Positions 9,433-20,487 of a stretch of 64,000 nt of DNA are shown here, piece by piece. Source of the stretch: Schizochytrium sp. TIO01 (taxonomy: Eukaryota; Protista; Bigyra: Labyrinthulomycetes); the NCBI GenBank assembly GCA_004764695.1, contig SMSO01000025.1, positions 2,232,001-2,296,000 of the forward strand, given 5' to 3'. The translations under genes and the position numbers were made by a program. The notes under the pieces were generated by a model. The model was given only the letters and a program-made list of their open reading frames with translations. It ran no database searches and was not told the origin of the DNA. Position 1 is the stretch's first letter, and the number at the start of each line of letters is the position of its first letter.

Positions 9433-12114
9433 TTTGTTTTTGCTTTGCTACTCTCGCCGCAGAATTAATTATAACCACTCCTGTGACTACTTGCGTGCAC
9501 AAGTCGCTGTGCTACGGCGTGCTCCTTTGCTTCTCCGCAGATCGAATCGACGGAGTCTAAGAGCACCGGTTCTGCTCTCCAAAAAGCAAGTTCGTACTTG
9601 GTGCTGACAACGAATATGCTCAACGGCTGAGTAGACTCCTAAAGTAGAGTTCTGCGAGATCCAGGACCTTGTTAACACCTCTACCTCGTCTGAAGCTAGA
9701 TAGCTAGATAGCTGTCTTTGAGCTCCAACGACCACGCCAGCGCAAGACCTGCGCAACAAGCCTAAGACCTATCTGCGTGAGAACAGCCTTGGCCTCCCGT
9801 TCGTTTGTTGCTTGCCCTCGACTTGAGTACACTAGCGCAGTGCGAAAGAGAAGAATAACAAAAAGAGTAAAACTTTTTAGGGAAAATAAAAATAAAAAAT
9901 TAGTTAGTCGTTGCCCATGCGTGGAACAAACATAGATGAAAACAGGAGTTTGATAGGCACCGAGGTAGTGTCCGAGAGTTAGAACTTCATCAAGAATAAG
10001 AACTCGAAGAAAGCTCCACCTACCTCGAAGAGGACAAACAGAGGAATACTGGTTCCTATCTAGTATCTCAGTAGAACTTCGCTTCTTAAAATGAGGCTAG
10101 GTTTTGTAGAACTCAGCATCGAAGAACAAAAAAATTGCAAACAAGCGAATAATAGAGTTCGCTTCTCACCTTTCCTAGCAGAAGCCTCATGGACCGACCA
10201 TACGAGCCGCGCTACAGCAAGAATCACTCAGAACCCTGCCGCGGAGAGTCATAGCGGAATGCCTAAGTGTTTCCCTGTTCCCGTCCACTGGCACTTGTCC
10301 GTTACAAAATAAAAGTTTTGAAATACTTTTTTTTTTAACAACTTATGTTTTGTTGTTTAAAATAATAATTTGGTATTTTTTCAAAGGTGTCATTGCATAA
10401 AGAAAGAAGCAAGTATAGAGATAAAGCAAAGAAGTCAAGTCTGGCGTCGATACTTCCTTGTCTATTTGCGCTGTTGATTACAAAGAGCAAGCTTAAGTTG
10501 AGATATTACAACATTAAGATTCAGAATCGGATATTATCTACCCAGGAATAAACTCTAAGGGTTTTGCATATTTAGAGTAGAACTCAAAGTCTAGAATGTT
10601 AAACAGTGGTGCTCTATACTGTGCCAAATATGTGATTGATTACAACTTAACCCTTTGTTTTGTTAGGTGCTCACAAGAAATATAAGTATTGATTAGTACG
10701 GAATTTTACCGATTAAAACTCTTTTCTTAAGCTTTTGTTTACAGGTTGAATGCGCATAATGGCAAACACAGCTCTGTCTTAAGTATCGTAAATGATGTCT
10801 TGAAGTATTTCTTTGGAAGGCAGAAGAGCCGCCGAAAGAAGCTCAGAAGCTACAATATCAATACCTGTTAACATCTGGACCTGGAGCGCCGTCTCATGAC
10901 ACCATAAAAAATGTAGGCTTGTAGCCTGTACTGAGTAATAGCACGAAGCAAAGTTTAGGTGGCTGCCTTTTTTTAATGACTCATCCATACCTAAAACCAC
11001 AATAGCTCTTACATAATATGCGCCACATAAGTTACATGTACATTTGCAAAAAGTCCTGCAAGTTTAAAAGTAAGTATAACGAAGTCACATAATGCTGAGA
11101 AAATATAATAATGCTGTGATTAATTATAACAATTGTGAGAAGCTCAGAACGAAATCTTGCAGTTGAGGAAAAGTCTCCTATGAGATATTTTCACCCAACG
11201 AAAGGATCCAACATCATTGGGAATTTGGTGGGGAACTAAATTACCTTCCACCTTAGAAAGCTCGAACGAGTAATGCGTAATGCGTACGCAAAGTGCCAGC
11301 AATGGTCAAATCTTGACACAATTTGGACAGGATCCAATGCATAATCAAGTTGATAATGTTACATATAATGCTATCTGCCGCACATGTACTATCGATATAA
11401 TTATCATTATTTTGGGGTGTCGCACTATAATCGAACATTGTTGGGTGGAATATCTTCTCGCACTCATATACTGGAAATCAACCGAATTTCAAGTTCGCAA
11501 CGTGTGCAAAGAGTCCTCGGGAACTCAATTAGGCAATCTGAAACGGCCTTATAGGTATCCACAACTTTTTGCTGTTGGTTAGGAGAAATAAACAATAAAC
11601 ATGCCAATTTTATTTTTTATTTTCATTTAAAATAAAATAAAATAAAAATATGTATATAAAAGCTTATGACGAGAAAAAAAGAGTTTATTAAGATAAAAAT
11701 GAAAGAAAAAGTATTGTCATAGGCTCACATAGTATAGAGTTGAAACGGTCAAATTTTGTGATGGTAACTAAGTGCTACTACTCAGGCGAGCTTTTGAAAA
11801 AAAAGGAATGCAGCAGATAAACAGTGTCAGAAACTTTATTAAAAAGAGCGAGGTCGAAAGGGTGGGCTTGTCTATCTAAGGGAATAGAAGGAATTGGAAT
11901 TGCAACAATAACTTGCTTTCAACAACACAAGAGCAAGACCCTTTCTCAGTCAAAGACGCCGGAGAGGTGCAAGGGGCGGCCACGAGTTTTGCAGAGTACA
12001 AACTAAAGCAAGACCCAGGGAGGCTGGCAATCCACCATCTCCGTGCTACATTTCTAGTTTTTAATAAAGACTGCTCTCCTTAACACGCGCTGAGTAGATC
12101 ATCCCAGGAGCAAG

Positions 12115-13368
12115 ATGAAACTTAAGCGCTTTCTGCTGCGGTACTACCCTCCTGGCATTGTGCTAGAGTATGAAAAGCGTGATGGTACGCGTGGATCCAA
12201 AGAAATAGACCTGCTTCGACTCACGCCTGAGACAGATGTCGAGGTCCTAGTAAATCAGATTGTCTACGAAGAACCTCTCATTAGCGCAAATCGTAAGCCC
12301 CAGCTTCGTCAATTGATTTACAAGCTTATGGAAAAACTTGATCAAAATGAAAACCATGATTTCTACCTTTTCAAGATCCTTCGGGCGCACATTTTACCCC
12401 TCACAAACTGTGCCTTTAACAAGGCTGGCGATCGTTTTATTACAGGTAGCTACGATCGAACGTGTAAGGTCTGGGACACCCAAACAGGCGACGAACAGCT
12501 TACACTTGAAGGACACAAGAATGTTGTATATGCAATTGCATTCAACAATCCCTATGGTGATAAGATTATTACCGGTTCATTTGACAAAACTTGCAAATTG
12601 TGGAACAGTTCGACTGGCCAACTATATCACACATTCCGAGGACACTCTACTGAAATCGTTTGCCTGTCTTTCGATCCAAGTAGTTCCATTGTGGCAACTG
12701 GCTCAATGGATAATACTGCTAAGCTCTGGGATGTTGAAACAGGCCAAGAGCTTCACACCCTTCGTGGACATTCGGCAGAAATTGTTAGCTTGAATTTTAA
12801 CACTTATGGTGATAAAATCATCACTGGATCTTTCGATCATTCCGTAAAGCTTTGGGATGTCCGAAGTGGAAAGTGTATTCATACTATGCAAGGCCACCAT
12901 GGCGAGATTTCAAGTACTCAGTTCGACTATACAGGGGACTTGTGCGTCTCAGGCTCAATTGATCGTTCAGTAAAGTTGTGGGATATTAAATCTGGCCAAT
13001 GTGTACAGACCTTGCGTGGCCACAACGATGAGATTCTGGATGTGTGCTTCAACTCGAGTGGCAACAGACTAGTTACTGCATCTGCAGATGGTACTTCACG
13101 ATGCTACAATGTCCAAACTGGAGCTTGTCAAGCTATTCTTATTGGCCACGAAGGGGAAATATCCAAGGTCACTTTTAACCCGCAAGGCTCCAAGATCCTT
13201 ACAGCTAGCTCGGACAAGAGCGCCCGAGTATGGGATGTAGAAACTGGAGACTGTCTACAGGTTCTTGATGGCCACACAGATGAGATCTTTAGTTGCGCGT
13301 TCAATTACACGGGAGACACAATCATCACTGGCTCGAAGGATAATACATGTAGAATCTGGAAGTGCTAA
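12115..13368 (+). CDS. DAW1: Dynein assembly factor with WD repeats 1 (ODA16/WDR69)
   Basis: Diagnostic N-terminus [30 protein letters not shown], and eight WD40 repeats ending DNTCRIWKC. Confidence 0.95.
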   Translation: MKLKRFLLRYYPPGIVLEYEKRDGTRGSKEIDLLRLTPETDVEVLVNQIVYEEPLISANRKPQLRQLIYKLMEKLDQNENHDFYLFKILRAHILPLTNCAFNKAGDRFITGSYDRTCKVWDTQTGDEQLTLEGHKNVVYAIAFNNPYGDKIITGSFDKTCKLWNSSTGQLYHTFRGHSTEIVCLSFDPSSSIVATGSMDNTAKLWDVETGQELHTLRGHSAEIVSLNFNTYGDKIITGSFDHSVKLWDVRSGKCIHTMQGHHGEISSTQFDYTGDLCVSGSIDRSVKLWDIKSGQCVQTLRGHNDEILDVCFNSSGNRLVTASADGTSRCYNVQTGACQAILIGHEGEISKVTFNPQGSKILTASSDKSARVWDVETGDCLQVLDGHTDEIFSCAFNYTGDTIITGSKDNTCRIWKC

Positions 13369-13898
13369 ACAACTTGCAGACATTCATTGGCGCTCCCTTT
13401 GTTATCGCCTTTATGTTGAACCCACAAAAAATTAGGCCAAACGAAAATTTTAAATAAAAATCAAGTATCAGTATTATGATCCTTTCGGCCTTTGGGATTT
13501 CCTTTGATTGGAACCTCGTAGCTGCTCAAACCTTATACATGAAACCAATTTTCTAAAACTGATCATCTTCAATAAAGTGTGTAATAAACCTTTCTCAACG
13601 AGAAGACCTTCTCGATTTAGATAGCCTGAAAGGGCTGCTCTTGTTCATGTAACAATAGAGAAAAGAAGCATACGTTCAGAGTAAAAGCCAATGGAAATTT
13701 GAAGAATTTGAAGAAGAAGTAGGAATATGAAACTGCCTAGAACAAGGAAGTTTTGTTCTTCAGTCAACGATCAATCCAAAAATAATATTAGCACCTCAAA
13801 GATTTATTTATTAAATGCTGAGAAGCTCTTTAAAATAATTTTAACAAGCTTGTGTTTGATTGCATGTTTGCCATGGGTCGTTTGCTACATACTTCTAC

Positions 13899-15410
13899 TT
13901 AGAGCTCGTCATGGCGATTGTGCCGGCGACGCTCTTTGCCATCAGACTTATAAAAGTCTGCACCTTTGGGATACAGCTCGAATACTTGCATCACTTTTGC
14001 GTGGCGTTCTTCGACTTGCTTGATTAGAGGAGTCCACACACGCCATGCCTCCAACACCTCGTCAAGACGGACAAAGTTTTTATTATCACCTTCGAGACCT
14101 CCACGAAGAAGGCTCTCATATGCCGAAGGAGTCTCTGGTGCAACAGCCACATGTCCAAAATTCTCGAGGTTTTGTAAATTCCAGTTCTCGGGAGGCACAA
14201 ATTCAGCTAGCCTTCGGGATGCACCAATCATGGTGCCAGAAAGGCCAAAAGGAGTGGGACCCTGCACATTGAACACCAAGATCTCGCCGTCATCAAACAG
14301 AAGCTCAACATAGGAACGACGAAGATCAAGTGCTTTGCCAGATTTTAAATGGATAGGTACACCGTCCAAATGGTTGTTCAAGCCACGCAGTTTCATCAGT
14401 ATATGAGCGTAGGTTGGTGTAACTGATTTCCCCTCGGCAGGGGGTTCTCCCCATTTAGCCCTGTCCTCATTGATGTGCTCTTGGTAAGAGCTGTACTGAC
14501 CAAGGTGAACTAGACGCCTGTACGTAGCAGTGTTTAGTTTCTCAATCACATGTTTTCTTCTCTCTGCTTCCTCGATGCTAGGGTCGGTGCCATCTAGCCC
14601 CACCAGCGCAAGCATCATCATGAGATGGTTTTGTATAGTATCCCGAATCACGCCTACCTCGTCATAAAATCCAGTTCGGCCCTTGCAGTCTTCTGTCTCC
14701 AGCATACCAATCTCGATTTGCTTAATATCCCGGCCGTTGGCATAGTTAACGAGAGGGTTTTTCTGCAAGAATTCTCGAATACCATGAAGTCCCGCCTTAC
14801 CCATATAGTGGTCCACAAGAAGGATCTCATGTTTTCCGAGGGAGTCGTAGAGCGAGTTTGCGAGCTTTTCTGCGGACTCACTATCGACTCCGAACGGTTT
14901 TTCTACAATGACACGAAGCCAAGCGCCTTCAGTCTGAGGTCTCAAGTGCTTGTTGATGTTCTCTGCAATTGACCCAAAGAACTTGGGCGGCACAGACAGG
15001 TAGAAGAGGCGCCCAGCTTCGATTTCCCCTGACGCTGCAGCATCTCGCGCCATTTGCTCTCCAAGTTCTTTGTATTGGTCCTCTCTCCGGAGCTGCACAT
15101 AGGAGGCCACACGGGCAAGAAACTCCTTTTTAGACTCTTGACTAGTTGGTGTAATGGCCTCTTCGAGGATGCGCTCCAGAATTGGGGTAGACTTTTCGGC
15201 GTCCTTTGTAGCAGCTGGATACACGAACATCGCATCCTCAGTGCTAAGACCATCAGTATGAATATTGTACAGACTCTGCCAGAGATACTTCTCCGCAAGG
15301 TTGCCTGTGGATCCCAAAAGCACTATATTCACGCGCCCTCCGGCAGTGCTCGGCAGCAAAAGACCTACAACAACTAAAGCTACCAGAATAGCTCTCAACA
15401 CATGACTCAT
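13899..15410 (-). CDS. Glucose/hexose-6-phosphate dehydrogenase, ER-luminal H6PD type (signal peptide + HDEL)
   Basis: GSTGNLAEKYLW Rossmann motif, RLFYLSVPP, EKPFG, VDHYMGK, GVIRDTIQNHL, AYE. Hydrophobic signal MSHVLRAILVALVVVGLLLPSTAG from ATG 15410 (alternative ATG 15476). Ends RHDEL. Confidence 0.88.
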   Translation of the reverse strand: MSHVLRAILVALVVVGLLLPSTAGGRVNIVLLGSTGNLAEKYLWQSLYNIHTDGLSTEDAMFVYPAATKDAEKSTPILERILEEAITPTSQESKKEFLARVASYVQLRREDQYKELGEQMARDAAASGEIEAGRLFYLSVPPKFFGSIAENINKHLRPQTEGAWLRVIVEKPFGVDSESAEKLANSLYDSLGKHEILLVDHYMGKAGLHGIREFLQKNPLVNYANGRDIKQIEIGMLETEDCKGRTGFYDEVGVIRDTIQNHLMMMLALVGLDGTDPSIEEAERRKHVIEKLNTATYRRLVHLGQYSSYQEHINEDRAKWGEPPAEGKSVTPTYAHILMKLRGLNNHLDGVPIHLKSGKALDLRRSYVELLFDDGEILVFNVQGPTPFGLSGTMIGASRRLAEFVPPENWNLQNLENFGHVAVAPETPSAYESLLRGGLEGDNKNFVRLDEVLEAWRVWTPLIKQVEERHAKVMQVFELYPKGADFYKSDGKERRRHNRHDEL

Positions 15411-16049
15411 ACGTGATCCATTTATGAGCCATGGCAAAGCACCCTGCCGAGATTTGTAGTAAGCACCGGATGTCATTTCTCCTTTGCCTGCCAAATTTTA
15501 GCTTGATCCTGCCACAATAATTCCCACTCAAGACTTCGTTGAGCACGGTCTTGTCACGTGAGTTGGATCTTTCTCTATACAATCACCAGAGAGCAGCCCA
15601 GCCTGACTCCAACGAGGTCACCAGAAAACCTTCCTGGTGCCTCCCAGCTACAATGGAGGGCTCGCAAACTCGCGACCGGTCCCCCGAGCGAGGTTGCAAG
15701 TTTTGCTCTCCCGTCCAGATGACTCGGACCCTGAAGATTTGATCTACCACTCGGAAATAGTAGCATTGGGCTTGCTTATTTATTTTAATTTATTTTAATA
15801 GGGCTTTTTTAATTTAATTCTTTAAATTAAAAACAATGTTTAGAGTAGTAGTCCTATTGTTATTCTTAAAAGTAGTAGTGGTTAGTAGTGCATATCATAG
15901 TCTAGTCCCTTCTTGTTTACCATAGGTATTGAATAGGAGGTCTTAGGTGTTCGAAACTCATGTAACAGCAACACAAAGGAGGAATAAATAAATAGGCCTA
16001 ATAATGATCATATTGTCTTTTTCATTTTTCAGTAAAAAATCCATGAACT

Positions 16050-16791
16050 TGAGAGTTTTTGTTTTCACAGCCACAAGCAGGAAGACGTTCACCTTGACGA
16101 CCGCACAAGAGTTCTACAGTGACATCAGTCACTCCATCCATACACGACACCAACAGAAACAAGGCTCGTTCATCGTATTGAGACTGAAACTGAGAATAAC
16201 ACTGTTTCATGGATGACGATAATGACAATGACAGTGATACAAGCTTCCTAGCTAGAGATAGTAATTGGTATCGAGATAGCTCCAAACAAAGAGGTTTCTC
16301 TTATTAGCGGGTGATCAGAGCTTCTCTTTAGCTGACGAGCACCAACTGTGTTGACGAACGAAGTCGGATTTTTGACCAAAGATTGGGGCTACTTGCAAGC
16401 AGTCAAGTCCAACTTGACAGGGTATATTACGAGCGAGCACGATCATGATCGCACATTTCGCTTTGTAGTTCTGGCTCTGGTCGAGTCAATAATAGCTAGT
16501 TTGTAGCCAGGCTACAAAATACAATTTGGTCTATCTACGAGAATAACCCACAAAGGTGTGGGTGGATACAGCTCGAGCAAGTAAGTATTCCCGGCCTTAC
16601 CTGCGGCAAGCCTGATGGTTTATGATGACTATGGTGATGATTATGGCGGGATTGTTAAGCCACCGCTGGCAGCCAAGCCAATCGGTAACTTCGGCCTAGT
16701 TTACAAGATATGGCGAAGTGGCGACGAAAGAACAAAAAGCGCGGATCTGACTCTTACTTTTTTAGATTCATTTGCGGGTAAATTGTCATAG
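16050..16791 (+). pseudogene. Possible decayed coding region of unknown origin
   Basis: About 140 codons of protein-like frame with only two internal stops (LTKDWGYLQAVK...RFVVLALVESIIASL*...VYDDYGDDYGGIVKPP...). No intact ORF. Confidence 0.25.
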
Positions 16792-17664
16792 GAAATAAAG
16801 AAGTGGAAGGCAAAAAAGAGGCGAAATGTCGGTCATGCCGAGCATCGCATGGCTATATGTATGTAGCTAAATATGCTCCCAATCATCAATTGCATACTGC
16901 AAACACGAACATGTCTATGCAAAGTCAACCATTCCATATGCACGTTTCACTTCAAAATCTCAAATACTGTCAAGGCCGAAGTCACGACTCTTATACTTGT
17001 CAGATGGTAGAATTACGCCATTAATTTAAACAGTTTAAATAAAGGAGAACGCTCTGAGATATGCTCAGCGCGAGTTCAGCAGTATCACAATCGACTCGTG
17101 GGAGAGAAAATTTTCCCGCAAAATCAACAGCTGTTGAGTTGGACTTACTTGCCGTGGTATTTGTAATTTAATAATTGGAGACACATCAGTCAGGATAGCA
17201 GATCTCATAGGAATCTGTGGAAACAAACAATCAGAACCGAATGCAGATTCAAGCTCATAATAATGGGAGATTAAGAGTGCTGAAATATACCATCTAGATA
17301 AATTCCAAGGATCGCGGTTCTTGCTTTTCCCTTTGATAGCTAAAACACGAAATTTGATTGCTTCAACAGGTTAGATCTAATGAAATATTCTGCAATCGAA
17401 AAGACGGCATCTGCAAAGGTCTCCCCATCAACACTATTACCCTGACCTATATGACCAATAAAGATATCATCAAAATCTACTGGAAGCAAAATCCCCAGCA
17501 AAACTTTATCGTAGGTCTATAGTCTATATACAAGTTCTCTAAACCCCCATCAGAAATTATTTATGCGTGATGCTTCTGGTTGAAATAGCTGGGGTATCGT
17601 TATTACATTTTGCAAAGACGGCACAGTCCCTCGCGCATGCTCACAGTATCAGGTTAGGATTCGT

Positions 17665-17692
17665 TTTGAATACCTCGTTGGAGGTATTCAAA
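17665..17692. other. Perfect 12-bp stem / 4-nt loop inverted repeat
   Basis: TTTGAATACCTC-GTTG-GAGGTATTCAAA, about 130 bp 3' of the stop of the 17822..19120 minus-strand gene. Confidence 0.85.
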
Positions 17693-17821
17693 TAAAAAAT
17701 GTGAAGTAGCCCTGCTTATCAGGGAACCGTCCGACAAGCAGAGAAGAAATAAAAACAGAAAACAAAGAAGAGAAATCCTATCTATAAAATATAAACAATA
17801 CTTCTGAGAAAAATTGACAAT

Positions 17822-19120
17822 TTACAGAGGAGGGGTTGGAAACGAAGTGCCGGAGCGGGGTACAAACCTTGATACGCGTGGTTGAGTGGATGTCTTGGAG
17901 TACCAGTCAATAAATCGCAAGGCGAAATCTATACGTTTTTCAAGTGAGGTGTGCTGCAGCTTGGCATCTTCAGACCACTCGGATAGTGCTGCAAATGCCT
18001 TCTGATTAGCTTTAGTCTCTAGTTCTGTTTGCATGCGACAAATATCTGCACAGATTTTCTTGATAGACATATTAAATTCAGAACCTTGCTTTCTTGTTTC
18101 CGTAGAAAATGTATGATAGTCAGACTCAAGCTGTTGTTGTTGAGGACGGAGATGATTATCTACAGAGGCTGAAAGTTGGTCAAGGCGATCTTGAGCAATT
18201 GCTAGAGATTGTGTGAGATTCTCAACATCTTTTGCAGCAGCTGCATTTTCGGCTTGCTCCTGAGCTACAACAAGGCGTTCTGCTAACCGTGCCTGGTCTC
18301 TTGAAAAGTTTTCCATCATTTGAGACAGTGATGACTCCAAGACTTCGATGCGTTGCGTTTGCTGTGCGAGTGTCGATTCTGCTACTTGCAATCGAGCTTC
18401 CGCACTCTCAGCTCTCTGCAAAAGGTCTTTATGGGTACTTATAAAGCTACGCACACGATCCACAAGACTTTCAAGGTGTGGAAGCTCAGACTTGTCTACT
18501 TTGCTCCCTAACATCTGCTGCACAAGACTTACTTGTCTGGCCAGCTCAGAGTGAGCATCTCTAAGAATATCAACATCGTGTATTTTCGCGTGCTCTGTCT
18601 GAAGGGTTCGCTGCAAGGATGCGTATAGAGCATACAAGCGCTCATAAACGTCGTCGCAGCGCTCTTGTGACGCTTTGCGGTCCAGTGCCGTCTTTATCTG
18701 CTCCAAACGTCTGAGCTGCCACGAGACAACTCTTCCTAAAAATGGCGAACTCGCGTCATCATCGCGAATTTGTTGCCGTCCTGGAAGACTTAATTGAGTA
18801 TTTATTGCTTGTAGTTCACTGGAAAGTTTGCCCGCTAAGCTTTGCAGACGAGCCTCAATGTTTTGCACTTCACGAATATCCGCTTTGCTAGTGAATGCTT
18901 TGTGAAGGTGCATAACTTGCGATTTCTGAGCCGCATTGCTATTCGCAAGCTCACGAAGCACATTGTCCAAAGCATCTACATTGAACAAACTTCTCACCGA
19001 AGGCCATGGTCTCATTGGGTGCTCTTCGTCGTCTTTTATCACGTGGGCAGGCTCGCCCGTATGCCTTTCGGGTAAGCTCATTTGAGCATGGGCGCCCACT
19101 TCAGCACCATCGGTCTGCAT
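17822..19120 (-). CDS. Uncharacterised coiled-coil protein with recurrent KA(D/S/N)/KVD motifs
   Basis: 432-aa ATG-initiated ORF, heptad-rich; SKADIREV, RKASQERC, SKVDKSEL, TKANQKAF. Confidence 0.75.
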   Translation of the reverse strand: MQTDGAEVGAHAQMSLPERHTGEPAHVIKDDEEHPMRPWPSVRSLFNVDALDNVLRELANSNAAQKSQVMHLHKAFTSKADIREVQNIEARLQSLAGKLSSELQAINTQLSLPGRQQIRDDDASSPFLGRVVSWQLRRLEQIKTALDRKASQERCDDVYERLYALYASLQRTLQTEHAKIHDVDILRDAHSELARQVSLVQQMLGSKVDKSELPHLESLVDRVRSFISTHKDLLQRAESAEARLQVAESTLAQQTQRIEVLESSLSQMMENFSRDQARLAERLVVAQEQAENAAAAKDVENLTQSLAIAQDRLDQLSASVDNHLRPQQQQLESDYHTFSTETRKQGSEFNMSIKKICADICRMQTELETKANQKAFAALSEWSEDAKLQHTSLEKRIDFALRFIDWYSKTSTQPRVSRFVPRSGTSFPTPPL

Positions 19121-19460
19121 TCTCAGCCCTTCCCCAAGGCCGGCCTCGTCTGCTTTGAGAACCCAGGACCAGAGATATGATTAGATGCGCACGTCTCCAA
19201 GCCTTTGCTCGGGAGACTCGCTCTCCACAGGTTCTAGGGTCAGTTTTCGCGCCTAGAATGAATGAATGCTTCTACTTTTTCCCACCAAGTTTTTGGTTTT
19301 CGTTAGCAAAAGTTCGAGTCATAGATCACCGGAATCGTGATATGGCTATGCGCTGCTAAGAGAACACTTAAGGCGCTCTTTTCTTCGTAGCAGTGGGTAA
19401 GTTCTGTCTTCTGCTGTTGCTGTTTCCATTATGCTCAGAGCCCATTCCTTTTGCCTCTAG

Positions 19461-20310
19461 TTGGGTCTCTCAAGTCCAGATCATAGTATCGAACTATCAG
19501 GCAGGTATCACAGTATTGTGCCTTCCGCTCGTGCAAGAAGACAAGTCCGCAACAAGACCCATTCCCAACTACATTTGTTTAAGAAGCACCTTTGCGCTTT
19601 ACTGAGAGAACCATATGAAGAAAACGTACGAGTGAATGCCAGAATGTATCGCCGGTGTCAATCTCTTGTACTTTAAGGTACAAATAGAAGGTGCCACAGC
19701 TGATACAAAAGATCTTGACTTGCATGGACTGCATGTTGATGAAGTACGCGGTGTAAAACGATTACCCAAGAGTTATCCTGAATCCAAGCTTCTAAGTGAG
19801 ATAAAAAATCTTAGGCGCTGGATTCTGATTTCCCTTTGTTGTTGACAAGACCAACCTTTTCTGCTAAGCAGTAGTTACTGTTAATAGCTCTTAGTGGGAC
19901 GTGTTGATTTGACTCAAGTAAACGAAGAAGCAAACTTCAATCCCGCGTGCGTCTCTGGTCTGTTCTACTTTGCAAGCATCGGCACAATGGAGAGCTCTAT
20001 AACTCAAATTCTGATGGTGTTCGGCGCTGGAGGTAAGTGGTAGTCCCTCACAAGGATGCTGTATGGGCCCAAAGCCTTGATAAACTGACAGTCGGATTTC
20101 TCTAAATCTTCATGTATGGGGCCCCGCCCTCTTGCACCGCTGTTTCTCTCTGGTTTGTTGCTGGTGCTGATGGTCTCAAACTTGCACTTCAACAGTCTGT
20201 GTGGGCGTGATTGTGGGCTGGAAGGCACGGCGCAAGGCAGTGCAGATGATCAAGGACTAAATCGACAACTGAATATATCTCTTGTTGAAGATGGTGTATT
20301 CGTATTTTGA
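19461..20310 (+). pseudogene. Possible decayed Smr-domain gene
   Basis: LDLHGLHVDE (19714-19743) matches the Smr-domain signature, but it sits in short, stop- and frameshift-interrupted frames with no intact TGxGxHS motif. Confidence 0.35.
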
Positions 20311-20487
20311 AGCGAGGAGGCAGGCGATCCCTTGATAACACAGAAATAACATAATTTAGAATATCAAACGCCTAAGATTGAGTAAAATATACTGAAGAAA
20401 ACCCAATACTTGCATATCATGCATTCCTTTCCAAGAACATGTTCGCAACGAGGAACAAACGACCTCTAGAGTTACATATCACATCTA

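Noticed and set aside
10779-11582. Short ORFs in the PKA-R/DAW1 spacer
   Set aside because: No family recognisable; cannot be distinguished from random intergenic ORFs.
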